A stretch of 64,000 nt of DNA from a virus. Positions 27,448 through 37,252 of the stretch are shown in pieces (positions within the stretch are counted from its first letter, which is position 1; every line of letters starts with the position of its first letter). A program made the translations under genes and the position numbers. The notes under the pieces are model-generated. The model was given only the letters and a program-made list of their open reading frames with translations. It was not told the DNA's origin and did not search any database. The stretch spans positions 80,688 to 144,687 of the IMG/VR virus record IMGVR_UViG_3300047510_001256; one strand, written 5' to 3'.

Positions 27448-27995
27448 TTCAATCCCATTCCTTCCCTTACAGCGTTGTATAACGATAAAGTATTTGCTTG
27501 TCCTAACGTTTTAGGAATACCTTTCCTAAAAGTAAGCAGATCCATTTCTTTTGCTGCTTCTCTCATCTTACTAGCAGACATACCAGTAGCACCAGGAGCA
27601 TCAGGATCTCGTTCACCAGCAGATACAACTTCCAAGTGTCTATATGTATATTCAACACCATTATATCTACTAATTAAACTTTCATATTCCGGAACTCTAT
27701 CAGATCCAGCAATCAATGTCAAGTCTTCATATGTTCCTTGATATTTTTGAAGTAATTTTATGATAGTATTAATATCTTTATCATAGATGATATGGTCTTT
27801 ATATTGTGGAAACATAAGATGCATATATTGGACCTTTAAATCTGATGGCAATGGATCCGTTGGTTTTTTCTGAGTGTGCGACGGGTAGATAAAGTAGTCA
27901 TCCCTCTTAGCAATTCTTGCTACCGCATCAATCAATTTTTCGTGACCGATTGTTGGAGGATTAAATCTACCCCAGGCAACTACTACTCTGCTCAT
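27444..27995 (-). CDS. HIGH-family nucleotidyltransferase (cytidylyltransferase-like)
   Basis: GRFNPPTIGH, GSDR, SAGERDPD, MSASKMR motifs. Confidence 0.88.
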   Translation of the reverse strand: MSRVVVAWGRFNPPTIGHEKLIDAVARIAKRDDYFIYPSHTQKKPTDPLPSDLKVQYMHLMFPQYKDHIIYDKDINTIIKLLQKYQGTYEDLTLIAGSDRVPEYESLISRYNGVEYTYRHLEVVSAGERDPDAPGATGMSASKMREAAKEMDLLTFRKGIPKTLGQANTLSLYNAVREGMGLK

Positions 27996-29206
27996 TAGTC
28001 TCCAGCAACCCAGTTCTTAGATACATTAAAGTTAGCAACGCTAAATGATAATCTATCCACTAACTTAACCGCATTGGTTCCATTGCTGATAGCAACATAA
28101 CCTTCAGGAGCAGTTATCTTATATCCATCTTCAGTTCTAAGGTAAGTTCCAAACTGCTCACCCTTCTCAAGTTTACGAACAAAAAAGTTCTTAGCATTCT
28201 GTAATGTAGTATATAGTCCAACCGCCTTGAGTAAAGCAGTTTCATTTGATTCAATGAAATCTAATCCAGCGTATAACTTAGCGAGTTTAGCGGCTTTTGC
28301 TTTTGGTGTCTTAACTTTATCCGCTGCTTTCTTTACCTCATCTTGAAAATATTTCTTAAAGTCATCAACAAATTTCTTAGCACTACTCACTCTTCGTCCC
28401 TGACGAACGTATGTGTTGAAATAAATTTTCAGTCTTGGTCCTACAGTCAGTTGATCGTTCTCTTCAATCTGCTTGGCAACTTCATCTAAAAAATTTCCAG
28501 CAACACGAATAAGACTAGCTCCAGCAGTTTTCATTCGCATGAGTCTTTGCTTCTCTTGCTTTGTGATGAGAGTATCTTTTCCAAGTTGTCCAGTCTCAGC
28601 AGAGAGAACTAAAACATCTGGGCTTTTGTTTAACTTAGATATATCATATCCAAATGTAGCATTTAAATTTTCAACTGAGTTACCTTTATATGTGGTATGA
28701 AATACCACACCTATCTTTGCTCGCTTTGCTTTTTCATAAAATGGAGATCCTTCTGGAATAGCATATGTGATGGTATTAGGTTGAAATGTGATACATCTTT
28801 TACCATCAATGGTTTCGTATTTTTTGTCGTCAGTAAAAAGTAAATCTCCTTGAGCAACTCCTGTAATTCCAAGCGCAGGAAAATATTTTAAAGCATCCTT
28901 AAGTTTAGATACCAATCCAGGAGCATGTCCATGATTCCTATCAACATCCTCCGGAGTTATGTTTATTTTTGCGTCCTTATTAAATACAGATTTTGTTCCC
29001 ACAAAGAATTGATCTGTTCCAGGATACATACCACAAAATATAGCTGGAGCCCCATCCCATTTGGTTGTAATTTTAAAATTATTGTTTCCCTGTCCAGTAA
29101 AAGTTTTAGCAAGTAGATCTAAAAATTTAAACGCATCACTCGCACCTTGCTTACCATCAAGCAAGATACTATCTTCTAAATGTTCTAGGTGTGTGTTCTT
29201 ACTCAT
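27995..29206 (-). CDS. DUF6267-type protein with ATP-dependent ligase/capping-enzyme nucleotidyltransferase motifs
   Basis: HLEHLED; TTKWDG (motif I), QGDLLF, PEGYVAI, VKLVDR. Confidence 0.7.
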   Translation of the reverse strand: MSKNTHLEHLEDSILLDGKQGASDAFKFLDLLAKTFTGQGNNNFKITTKWDGAPAIFCGMYPGTDQFFVGTKSVFNKDAKINITPEDVDRNHGHAPGLVSKLKDALKYFPALGITGVAQGDLLFTDDKKYETIDGKRCITFQPNTITYAIPEGSPFYEKAKRAKIGVVFHTTYKGNSVENLNATFGYDISKLNKSPDVLVLSAETGQLGKDTLITKQEKQRLMRMKTAGASLIRVAGNFLDEVAKQIEENDQLTVGPRLKIYFNTYVRQGRRVSSAKKFVDDFKKYFQDEVKKAADKVKTPKAKAAKLAKLYAGLDFIESNETALLKAVGLYTTLQNAKNFFVRKLEKGEQFGTYLRTEDGYKITAPEGYVAISNGTNAVKLVDRLSFSVANFNVSKNWVAGD

Positions 29207-31035
29207 CTTAGGACAGTTCTGATTCCCTTTACTTCCATTTTATTTTTTATTTGTTTATAAAATTGTTTAAAATCAGTCGTGATGAAAACTTGGAACTGAG
29301 GAGACGCAGTGATGGCCCCTTTATATCTTACCTCCAAATTTAACAAAGGAAGATTATCAAGTCTCATAGTGTAATACAATTTGGCAGCGGATGCCGTAGG
29401 TTCAAATGCTTGACTCTTACCATTCCAAGTTTCTAACACCATAGCACCAGGCTTCTTAATAGCACTAGGATTACCAATTGAGTTTATTCCCGAAGAAAAC
29501 ATAATATTAAAAATTTCTTTCATCAAAGCTGTGCTCTTTTCATCAACTTTTCCCACAACAATTTTTCCAGTTCTCTTATCAATACTTCCCGTTCCAGTAA
29601 TCAAACTAAAATAGAAGTGGGAATTTTTGACGTATTCGTTAATATCTAATCTAAAAGCAAGATCTAAAAATTCCCTAAAGTTATTAGGGTCTGACATCAC
29701 ACGACGAAATACTTTATCTAAAGTTTCAAAGAAAAAATTATTGGGATATTTTGTTCCTCTATATTCTTTTCCTGTAAGTGAAGCATTTTTATCATCTCCA
29801 GAGAGAGCATTGTTTAATTTAGTTTTCCAATCAGAAGCAGGTTTTGTGGGCCAGTTTGTTGGTTCTACATTATCACCTAATTTTTTTCCAGGAGGAAACA
29901 ATGGAGGTGGTCCAAGTTTTACCATATAAACTTGCTTCCAAAAATTTTCTTCAGCAGTTTTCATCTCATTTTTTTCATTGCTCTGTGCTTTCAAATAAAG
30001 GTATCCAGCTTTTTGCTTACCACTTGCAGAAGCTTCACCAACCAAAGGTTTATTTAAAAGAGTTGGGTCATCATTCAAACCCGATTTTTTCTTTAAAGAT
30101 ATTCCCCAGTAATATTCAACACTATCTTTAGTAAATTTTATAATTAAATCGGACGAATTGTATGCTTTAATTAATTGATCTTTAGTAGGATCTTTTCCTT
30201 GCAACCCAGCTCGCTTGAGTTCAGCGTCCCATTTAGAACCTGTTTGAAATACTTTATTCACATTAGCATTATTTTTTCTCATTAAAAAATTAACCCAGTT
30301 AGAGACAGAAAGTGCTTTTGCTAAATTTACAATATCTCCCTCAATTAATTTTGCTTCTTTGTTACTATGCCCTATAACTTGTGTATAATTTGAATGAATT
30401 TCTTTAGTAATTTTATTAAGTGCTTCATTTCTATCAGCAACATTCATCGTATTGATGTTTGATACCGGAATAATTTTACCCATAGCAATCAAAGTTCCAG
30501 TCATCAATTCATGAGGATCTCCTTTATCCGATGTAAGACCCTTCGCATAGATCACAAAAAGATTGATTGGACTACCTTCTATATTTCCATCTTCATTGTA
30601 TTTAAATGCTCTCAAATAAATTGTGTTTGCTCCGTCAGAGTAAGATGCGTTTCTAGTAAAAGCCCAATCTTCAACAACAACATTCATTAAATTCATCGCA
30701 AAGTATGACTGATATTCTAGTCTAATACTTTCCAAGTGTGGTCCCATAGCATTCCACACTTTACTCAATACATTATTTCTCTGATTGTTATTGTGAACAG
30801 TTATTTTTAATCCGTATCCAGACTTTTCCAACTTCCCAACAGACCTATTGTTATCTACTGGATGAGTATAGGCAAAATCATCATCAGATAAACCACTATT
30901 GTGTTGAGAAATTACTTTAGCAATATCAATTCTCTCAGCAATAATTTTAGATTGTCTCTCGTAAAATTTTTTGGCAACATCCGATGATGGACTTATTTTC
31001 CCGACATTATTTCTAGTAAGTTTTTTTACTGCCAT
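29203..31035 (-). CDS. Putative PD-(D/E)XK-like endonuclease (about 610 aa)
   Basis: DPHELMT...SSDLIIKF...GISLKKK. Start moved to ATG 31035 because the track start lies inside tRNA-Ser. AATAAATA late-type motif at 31061-31068. Confidence 0.55.
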   Translation of the reverse strand: MAVKKLTRNNVGKISPSSDVAKKFYERQSKIIAERIDIAKVISQHNSGLSDDDFAYTHPVDNNRSVGKLEKSGYGLKITVHNNNQRNNVLSKVWNAMGPHLESIRLEYQSYFAMNLMNVVVEDWAFTRNASYSDGANTIYLRAFKYNEDGNIEGSPINLFVIYAKGLTSDKGDPHELMTGTLIAMGKIIPVSNINTMNVADRNEALNKITKEIHSNYTQVIGHSNKEAKLIEGDIVNLAKALSVSNWVNFLMRKNNANVNKVFQTGSKWDAELKRAGLQGKDPTKDQLIKAYNSSDLIIKFTKDSVEYYWGISLKKKSGLNDDPTLLNKPLVGEASASGKQKAGYLYLKAQSNEKNEMKTAEENFWKQVYMVKLGPPPLFPPGKKLGDNVEPTNWPTKPASDWKTKLNNALSGDDKNASLTGKEYRGTKYPNNFFFETLDKVFRRVMSDPNNFREFLDLAFRLDINEYVKNSHFYFSLITGTGSIDKRTGKIVVGKVDEKSTALMKEIFNIMFSSGINSIGNPSAIKKPGAMVLETWNGKSQAFEPTASAAKLYYTMRLDNLPLLNLEVRYKGAITASPQFQVFITTDFKQFYKQIKNKMEVKGIRTVLR

Positions 31036-31071
31036 TCCTACAAGTACAATGCCACAGGAATATTTATTAAG

Positions 31072-31155
31072 CGGAAAGGGTGGGATTTGAACCCACGGTG
31101 CTACTAACACGGCAGTTTTCAAGACTGCTGCCATAAACCACTCGGCCACCTTTCC
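31072..31155 (-). tRNA. tRNA-Ser (TGA)
   Basis: GGAAAGGTGGCCGAGTGG...GCAGT CTTGAAA ACTGC, long variable arm, GGTTCAAATCC...CTTTCCG. Confidence 0.95.
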
Positions 31156-31161
31156 AATAAA

Positions 31162-31386
31162 TCACCAATGCCTGATGACACCAGCGATAATATAACAATT
31201 AGTTATAAAGTATGTAGCGAACAAAAATGTTCTCATGATGGCAACGGCATCAGATTCTTTATCACAATCACTTGCTTTTTGACCTAATGCCTTTGCCCAT
31301 ATACGCCAGAGGCGTCTACAGGTCGCCTTCTTCACGATTCTCAGAGTAGTAGATATCAAACTGACCACCAGGATAACGCTTCTCAA
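31162..31386 (-). CDS. Small membrane protein (start uncertain, possibly GTG 31335)
   Basis: WRIWAKALG.K....ESD.VA..RT...TNC.I.AGVIRHW. Confidence 0.6.
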   Translation of the reverse strand: MRSVILVVSLISTTLRIVKKATCRRLWRIWAKALGQKASDCDKESDAVAIMRTFLFATYFITNCYIIAGVIRHW

Positions 31387-31720
31387 GTTTCTTCACATTG
31401 CGCTCAAGAACTTCCTCAAAGGAAACTCCAAGTGCCAGAGTTGCTTGAGCAACATACCACATGATGTCACCGAGTTCAATGATCAGATGCTCGCGGTTAT
31501 CTTCATTAAAAGGTTTGCCTTGGAAGATCATCTTCTTAACGATCTCAAGAAACTCACCACCCTCAGCATTAATGCCAACGCCAGCAGTAAGCAGTCGTTC
31601 AATATTGGCACCCTTACGATCCAACTCAACGAGACGATCAGAGAGGGCAACAAAATCTGTTGAAGCATCAGAAGTAACTGCGTCAACAAATGTTTCGTAT
31701 CGTTTGAAATCAATGTTCAT
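31316..31720 (-). CDS. mazG: MazG nucleoside triphosphate pyrophosphohydrolase
   Basis: AEGGEFLEIVKK, ELGDIMWYV, N..KL.KRYP. Confidence 0.92.
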   Translation of the reverse strand: MNIDFKRYETFVDAVTSDASTDFVALSDRLVELDRKGANIERLLTAGVGINAEGGEFLEIVKKMIFQGKPFNEDNREHLIIELGDIMWYVAQATLALGVSFEEVLERNVKKLEKRYPGGQFDIYYSENREEGDL

Positions 31721-31722
31721 GT

Positions 31723-33111
31723 TTAATAAAATTCAGAAAATTTACTTATCCTGTTCTTGTTGTCAAAGACTCCAACATTCGCATCCTCTTCTAGGAAATC
31801 AAGATCAGATGCTAGGTCGCTGTCATCTCCAACATTATAGAGCTTCATCTTCGCTCTGTCAATACCCACTTTGAACTTTCGTTTGTCTGTGGGATCGTTG
31901 TATCTGTTCTTCAACTGCTTCACCATGATGGTGCCTTCCTGTTCTAATTCCTCTGTGGAGATTAAAGCAAACATAAAGTCAGCAGTAGCAGGAAGACCGA
32001 ATGATTCGGAAGTGTCAGTCAGTTCCAGATCAGTATTACCAAATCCAGAACGAGTTGTCTGTGTAGCAGAGACCAAAGGCACCTCATACTTCACAGCAAG
32101 ACCACGAAGTTCTTCAGCAATAGACTTCACGAAAGTGTAAGAGTTCACAATGGAACCTTTGAGTCTTGCTGAGTTACAGATGTTGAGATAGTCAACAAAG
32201 ATGATATCCGGTTTGAATTCTTTCTTAAGAGAAAGTTCATTCAGCAATGCTTGGAAGTGTCCAGCATGTGCTGATGCTGTTGGATACTCTTTGATGATCA
32301 ATCTACCACGAGTCTTGCGACTCAGTTCTTCAACAGAACTTTTGAAACGATGCTCAGGAATGCTCACCAGATCCTTGATGTTAGTGTCAAGAAGGTGGGC
32401 GTCAATCCGTTCAGCAATCTTTTCCTCTGCCATCTCTAGAGTGATGTAGAGGACGTTGTAACCATCCATCAAACACGATCCTGCCATGTGGCACATGAAC
32501 AGAGATTTACCAACACCAGTGCCAGCAAGGGCAATGTTCAGTGTCTTCTTAGGCAGTCCACCTTTAGTGATGTAATTAAAGGTGTCAAGATCAAAGGCGA
32601 TCTTCTCTTCTGTTTGATGATAGAAGTTGTATCGTTGATCAATACAATCTAGATAGTCGTGTCCGATGTGTTCATCAAACGATACTCCCAGGGCCTCTTG
32701 TAGGATACTTGGGATCGCATCCTTTGATAGTTTTTTATCACTTCCTTCCGCGATCTTGACTGACTTGAGTAAAGCATTGTAGATTGCTCGCTCCTGACAC
32801 CATTTCTCTGTGGCATCAACGAGCCAGGAATAATCAATCTCAGTATCCGAGAATGCCTTGACCATCTCCACAGAGTTTTTAAGATCGTCTTCAAAGACAT
32901 CTTTACGAGAGTTAAGTTGAAGAATGACAACTTCTTTCGTCGGGATCTTGTCGTATTTGGTAGAGAAATCATAGATCTCTTCATAGATAAATTTTTCAAC
33001 TTGTTCAGCAAAATAGTCTGGTTTGATATGAGGAATGACTTTACGATAGTATACGGGATCATTCAGCAAGTTGCGAAGAATCGTATTCTCAAGTCGTTCA
33101 CTCATCGTCAT
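31723..33111 (-). CDS. gp41: Replicative DNA helicase (T4 gp41)
   Basis: AGTGVGKS, TLEMAEE, IKEYPT, DYLNI, SATQTTRSG, SESFGLPATAD. Confidence 0.96.
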   Translation of the reverse strand: MTMSERLENTILRNLLNDPVYYRKVIPHIKPDYFAEQVEKFIYEEIYDFSTKYDKIPTKEVVILQLNSRKDVFEDDLKNSVEMVKAFSDTEIDYSWLVDATEKWCQERAIYNALLKSVKIAEGSDKKLSKDAIPSILQEALGVSFDEHIGHDYLDCIDQRYNFYHQTEEKIAFDLDTFNYITKGGLPKKTLNIALAGTGVGKSLFMCHMAGSCLMDGYNVLYITLEMAEEKIAERIDAHLLDTNIKDLVSIPEHRFKSSVEELSRKTRGRLIIKEYPTASAHAGHFQALLNELSLKKEFKPDIIFVDYLNICNSARLKGSIVNSYTFVKSIAEELRGLAVKYEVPLVSATQTTRSGFGNTDLELTDTSESFGLPATADFMFALISTEELEQEGTIMVKQLKNRYNDPTDKRKFKVGIDRAKMKLYNVGDDSDLASDLDFLEEDANVGVFDNKNRISKFSEFY

Positions 33112-34105
33112 CTACTCCATACTTAAATTGTTTTGAGATCGCAGTATCAATCTGTTCCAGGACTTCAGGTGTGAAGAACTTTTCAGGATCCTTCATGATC
33201 TCCTTACCCCAGAACTTCTTGCCATCAATCTCGTAGCGACCACCACTGCTGGGCCACGGAGCATAGTCTAGCAGACCATGATACCTTTGTAAACCCCTTG
33301 CGTCAAAGAAGAGTTGGACCTCTGCCTTGGATCCTTCCTTTGTCAGACGGGACTTTTTCGCCTCGCATTTAATAATGTTTCCGACATGTTCTGTTCCATC
33401 TTTCTCTTTCTTCTTTGATAAGAAGATAATAGTAGAAGAGGCATACTTAAGACCGCTACCACCGCCCATCTCTTTAGTAGGAACATAGGAACCAATTACA
33501 TCGTAGGTGTGATTTGTCATTAACATGGGGATACCTGCCTTACCAAGTTTCATTGTAAGAACTCGGAAGGTAGATTTTACAATCTGTGACTTGGTGAAGT
33601 CTCTAGCTTCACTGCCTTTGATTGCGTCATCAACTTCTTTCTGAGTTGGCAGATTGCCTAGACTATCTAGGACAAACATCATGGGTTTCTTTTCATCTTG
33701 CTTCAGATAGTTCTCAACAATTTTGATTGAGACCTCACGGAATTCTTGAATAGTTTCTACAGGATATAGTAATACGCGAGAAGTATCAATACCTCTAGAC
33801 TCAAACATGTCACTGGAAATAGCAGACTCGCTTTCAAAATAAACGACCATGCCATCAGGATTACTATCAAGGAAATACCTAACGACACTAAGACAAAAAT
33901 AAGTCTTCCCAACGCCGCTCTCTCCTGCCAAAGCGGTGATCTTGTTTGAAGGAATGCCTCCAAAAATTGAACCACTAACGATGGCATTGAGCATGTAAGA
34001 ACCAGTATCAACGAAACCGCTGATGTCGCCAGCAGCAACTCCATCGGATACGAATCCAACATATTCATTTTTACTTTCTTTGACTATTTGATTTAAGAAT
34101 TCCAT
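33098..34105 (-). CDS. uvsX: RecA-like recombinase UvsX
   Basis: AGESGVGKT, VLDSLG, TNHTY, MGGGSGLKYASS. Confidence 0.95.
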   Translation of the reverse strand: MEFLNQIVKESKNEYVGFVSDGVAAGDISGFVDTGSYMLNAIVSGSIFGGIPSNKITALAGESGVGKTYFCLSVVRYFLDSNPDGMVVYFESESAISSDMFESRGIDTSRVLLYPVETIQEFREVSIKIVENYLKQDEKKPMMFVLDSLGNLPTQKEVDDAIKGSEARDFTKSQIVKSTFRVLTMKLGKAGIPMLMTNHTYDVIGSYVPTKEMGGGSGLKYASSTIIFLSKKKEKDGTEHVGNIIKCEAKKSRLTKEGSKAEVQLFFDARGLQRYHGLLDYAPWPSSGGRYEIDGKKFWGKEIMKDPEKFFTPEVLEQIDTAISKQFKYGVDDDE

Positions 34106-34107
34106 AT

Positions 34108-36609
34108 TTAAAAGAAGCTAAGAACAGAAGTTGTTTTTTCAGATTTCCACCCAATACATTCTAGCACATTCTGAACTGGTTTGAGAAACTTCTTCTCAAA
34201 TTGTAGGGAGTAGTCAACATACTTCTCAAGATTAAACTCCTTTGGAATCTCACCAAAGAAAGCAATCACTGCTTCACCAATTGGATTTGGATCTTTAAGA
34301 TAAACGTATTTGACTTTCTCACCCTCTTGGATGGATTGGTATTTGTATTCAATTTTATGTTTTTTAAGAAGGTAATTATAGATCAGAGATCCCTTGACGG
34401 CAATTGGTGTGCCAGTCTTCTCACCTTTCTTGTAGATTGTATAAGGACTACGATACTTTGCCAGATTATTTACGCCGCTAGGAGTAGCAATCGCAGCATA
34501 GTTTTGTGTCTTGGTATCCTTCTTGACTTCAGCAATGTAATCAATCAGATCTTCATTTGTTTTGTTGATGATGATCTGATATGCCTGATACAATTTGTCT
34601 CTGAAGTATTGTGGAGTTGAGGATCGTGCGGTCTCAAGACCACAGATCTTCAGTTTAGGTTGCTTGTATCTAACACCCTCGCTGTCCCATACATTCAAGG
34701 CATAGCGTTTCTTGGCAGTCCAGAATCCGCGACTAGCGATGTTCTCTCGCTTCATCTTCATCTTCTGTTCGTATGCGTTCACATACTCTGCCAGCGTTTG
34801 GTAAGAACTTTCAATAAAAGGTTCAAGTTCCATCGCACACACCTTGTCAAGGAAATTAACAATTTCCTCATCAGTTTTTTCTCTTCCTTGGAGTATACAT
34901 TTGACAAAAGGACCAAGGTTAAGATACATGGAATCAGTATCCATAGCAACGACATAATCTTCTCCATCAGTTTTGAGAATCTTATTGAGATGTGCGTTCA
35001 TACACTTCTCAATCCAGCGAATAGAAAGCTGACCAGACAAAGTAATTGCTTCAGCAATCTCCAGCATATAATAGCGGAAGTGCTGGTTTCCAATCGCACC
35101 ATAGGCAGAGTTGAGTGAGATCTTCTTTGCCATCTGAATGTTATTGTAGCGAGCAATATCTTTCATCAACTGAATTGTTGGTGTCTTTTCATATTGCTTC
35201 TTTGCCTCAAGCATCTTCTTCTTATAGATCACACGCTCATCATACATCTTCTTCATCATCTTAGGGAGAAACCCTTGCTTGGTTGTATCGTAATACGTTC
35301 CATTGGCGCAGAGAGTTTTATCCTCAAGATCAGAAAGATTCAGTTCTTGATTAAGCAGTTTGTCTACATTGACAGAAGGATGACGCTGTGGCAGTAGAGT
35401 CTCTGGGGAAAGATTATACTGCATGATCAAGTGAGGATACAGAGAGTTAAGGTCAAAGGAAATTACCCAGTCATAAATGCCGGGAATAGGTTCCTTGACA
35501 TATGCTCCAGCATACTTCTTGTCTTTCTCTGATTCAGACTTAGGTGGAATGGCAACTTTATTCTTCAGCAATTCAATGTAAATGTAGTTGTCCCACATAC
35601 GAACCTGCGAGAATACATCCTCAAAGTTTACCTTTGCGTCGTATGCCATAGTGAACGCAAGGTCAAGAAGCTTCATCTTGTCATCAAGTTGATCAACAAG
35701 GCGAACGTCATGAATGTTATATTCAATAAACTTCTGCCAGTCTTTGGTATAGAACTCTTTGAACGTATCGTATTCAGAGTGATCTAGTTTTGTAGCACCA
35801 AGTTCCACAAAGCAGATGTGATTCAAAGCATATGATTCTTGATTAGTATAAGTAAACTTTTTGTAAAGTTGAATGTAATCAAGAATAGACATGCCAAGAA
35901 TATCACATGCTGTCTGCTCTTTATTATTGATTTCAATCTTGCGAGTTGAAACAAGTCTCCACGGCGAAAGCATCCGAAGATACTTGTCACCAAGAATTCT
36001 AGTAATACGATTGGCGATGTAGGGCATGTCAAAGAACTCTACGTTCCAACCTGTGATCACATCAGGATAATTCTCTACCCACCAGTGAACAAAGTTGGTG
36101 AGCATTGCCTGCTCATCTTTGAAATGTAGATAATCTACATCGTCAAACTTATTGTCAAATGGTTTTGCTCCCCAGACAGTGATGCGACCACTATAAGAGT
36201 CCTTCAAACTAATGGACAGGATTGCTTGGTCTGCTGTTTCAATATCTGGGAAACCATTTTCTGCTGCTGTCTCAATGTCAATATTAAATACACGGATCAG
36301 AGAAGCATCGTATTTAATCTCATCCTCAGGATGTTCCTCGGCAATGTATTGATAGAGATAGCGTGTGTTTCCATAGACGGGAACATCTGTTTTAGAACAA
36401 CGCTTTACAAAGTCCTTTGCTTCCTCAATAGATCCTTGAGGAACAGGGGAAATGAGTTCACCTTGTAATGTTTTCCACTCGGAATAATTACGCGATTTGA
36501 TATAGAGAGTAGGGGCAAAAGGAACCTTCTCAGTAATCCTCTTCCCCCCCTGATACCCCACCACCAGCAGGCGGTTCCCCGCCTGTTCTATCTTCGTGTA
36601 AAACTTCAT
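34108..36609 (-). CDS. gp43: DNA polymerase family B (T4 gp43)
   Basis: DIET exonuclease motif, FDLNSLYPH, KISLNSAYG, DTDS, KKRY. Confidence 0.97.
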   Translation of the reverse strand: MKFYTKIEQAGNRLLVVGYQGGKRITEKVPFAPTLYIKSRNYSEWKTLQGELISPVPQGSIEEAKDFVKRCSKTDVPVYGNTRYLYQYIAEEHPEDEIKYDASLIRVFNIDIETAAENGFPDIETADQAILSISLKDSYSGRITVWGAKPFDNKFDDVDYLHFKDEQAMLTNFVHWWVENYPDVITGWNVEFFDMPYIANRITRILGDKYLRMLSPWRLVSTRKIEINNKEQTACDILGMSILDYIQLYKKFTYTNQESYALNHICFVELGATKLDHSEYDTFKEFYTKDWQKFIEYNIHDVRLVDQLDDKMKLLDLAFTMAYDAKVNFEDVFSQVRMWDNYIYIELLKNKVAIPPKSESEKDKKYAGAYVKEPIPGIYDWVISFDLNSLYPHLIMQYNLSPETLLPQRHPSVNVDKLLNQELNLSDLEDKTLCANGTYYDTTKQGFLPKMMKKMYDERVIYKKKMLEAKKQYEKTPTIQLMKDIARYNNIQMAKKISLNSAYGAIGNQHFRYYMLEIAEAITLSGQLSIRWIEKCMNAHLNKILKTDGEDYVVAMDTDSMYLNLGPFVKCILQGREKTDEEIVNFLDKVCAMELEPFIESSYQTLAEYVNAYEQKMKMKRENIASRGFWTAKKRYALNVWDSEGVRYKQPKLKICGLETARSSTPQYFRDKLYQAYQIIINKTNEDLIDYIAEVKKDTKTQNYAAIATPSGVNNLAKYRSPYTIYKKGEKTGTPIAVKGSLIYNYLLKKHKIEYKYQSIQEGEKVKYVYLKDPNPIGEAVIAFFGEIPKEFNLEKYVDYSLQFEKKFLKPVQNVLECIGWKSEKTTSVLSFF

Positions 36610-36850
36610 GATATGTAAGATACGCTGCTTTTAACTCTGGACCCGGTTCTATCATAGTATCACAATCCATGAACCGGATGGCGCATTGTGACACTTGGTA
36701 ATCTGGTATGTATCTCACCAGTTCTTGATCTTTGACAATCATTGGAGACTTCAGCAGAAGATCTGGATCACCAATTTCGGTTTCCAATTCTTCTGCCTCA
36801 GCTATGATCCAATCACTCTTCAGTTTCAGCAGGAGTATCAGTTGACTCAT
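36530..36850 (-). CDS. Hypothetical protein (Sm-like), overlaps the gp43 start
   Basis: MSQLILLLKLKSDWIIAE...GDPDLLLKSP. Confidence 0.55.
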   Translation of the reverse strand: MSQLILLLKLKSDWIIAEAEELETEIGDPDLLLKSPMIVKDQELVRYIPDYQVSQCAIRFMDCDTMIEPGPELKAAYLTYHEVLHEDRTGGEPPAGGGVSGGEEDY

Positions 36851-37196
36851 CTTCGGGGATCTCATCTACAATATCGACAGAATTAAAGTATTCAATTTTT
36901 TCAGCAAAGGCAGCATCAAGATTTGGATCTGGTGCTGTAACACAAACAACCGCATCATAAGGAACTCGGAAAACTCTGTCGAGAGTAAATGGATTCCAAC
37001 GAGCAAATCTTACCTTACTTCTATCAGCAGGATCTTCAGCTTCAGGATTTTCGTAAAGCTCTAGAGCAAAAGGATCACTCAATTGAAGACCAACTCCTTT
37101 TCTATCATCTCCTTCGCCTTGATAAATTTCGCGCACTTCACAGATAATATTCTGTCCAGTTTTCAACGTAACAATGGATGCCATAATAGTATTCAA
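36813..37196 (-). CDS. Hypothetical protein (Sm-like)
   Basis: IVTLKTGQNII...F.RWNPF.....F.VP.D.VV....P. Confidence 0.65.
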   Translation of the reverse strand: MNTIMASIVTLKTGQNIICEVREIYQGEGDDRKGVGLQLSDPFALELYENPEAEDPADRSKVRFARWNPFTLDRVFRVPYDAVVCVTAPDPNLDAAFAEKIEYFNSVDIVDEIPEDESTDTPAETEE

Positions 37197-37207
37197 ACCT
37201 CTTAATT

Positions 37208-37243
37208 AGTATAGCAAAAAATATGGGGGGCGTCAAGCCCCCC
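37208..37243 (-). promoter_or_regulatory. Terminator hairpin with embedded sigma70 promoter for the gp43 operon
   Basis: GGGGGC-TTGAC-GCCCCC stem and T run overlapping TTGACG-N17-TATACT. Confidence 0.6.
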
Positions 37244-37252
37244 TGAGTTTAT

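Noticed and set aside
27444-27995. NAD+ reconstitution (NARP-type) pathway
   Set aside because: A HIGH nucleotidyltransferase is present, but no Nampt- or PRPP-synthetase-like partner is in the window
31036-31149. N-terminal extension of the 648-aa ORF
   Set aside because: It runs through tRNA-Ser; the late promoter and ATG 31035 give the plausible start
31072-31155. Opal suppressor or selenocysteine tRNA
   Set aside because: The anticodon is TGA (reads UCA, Ser), not TCA
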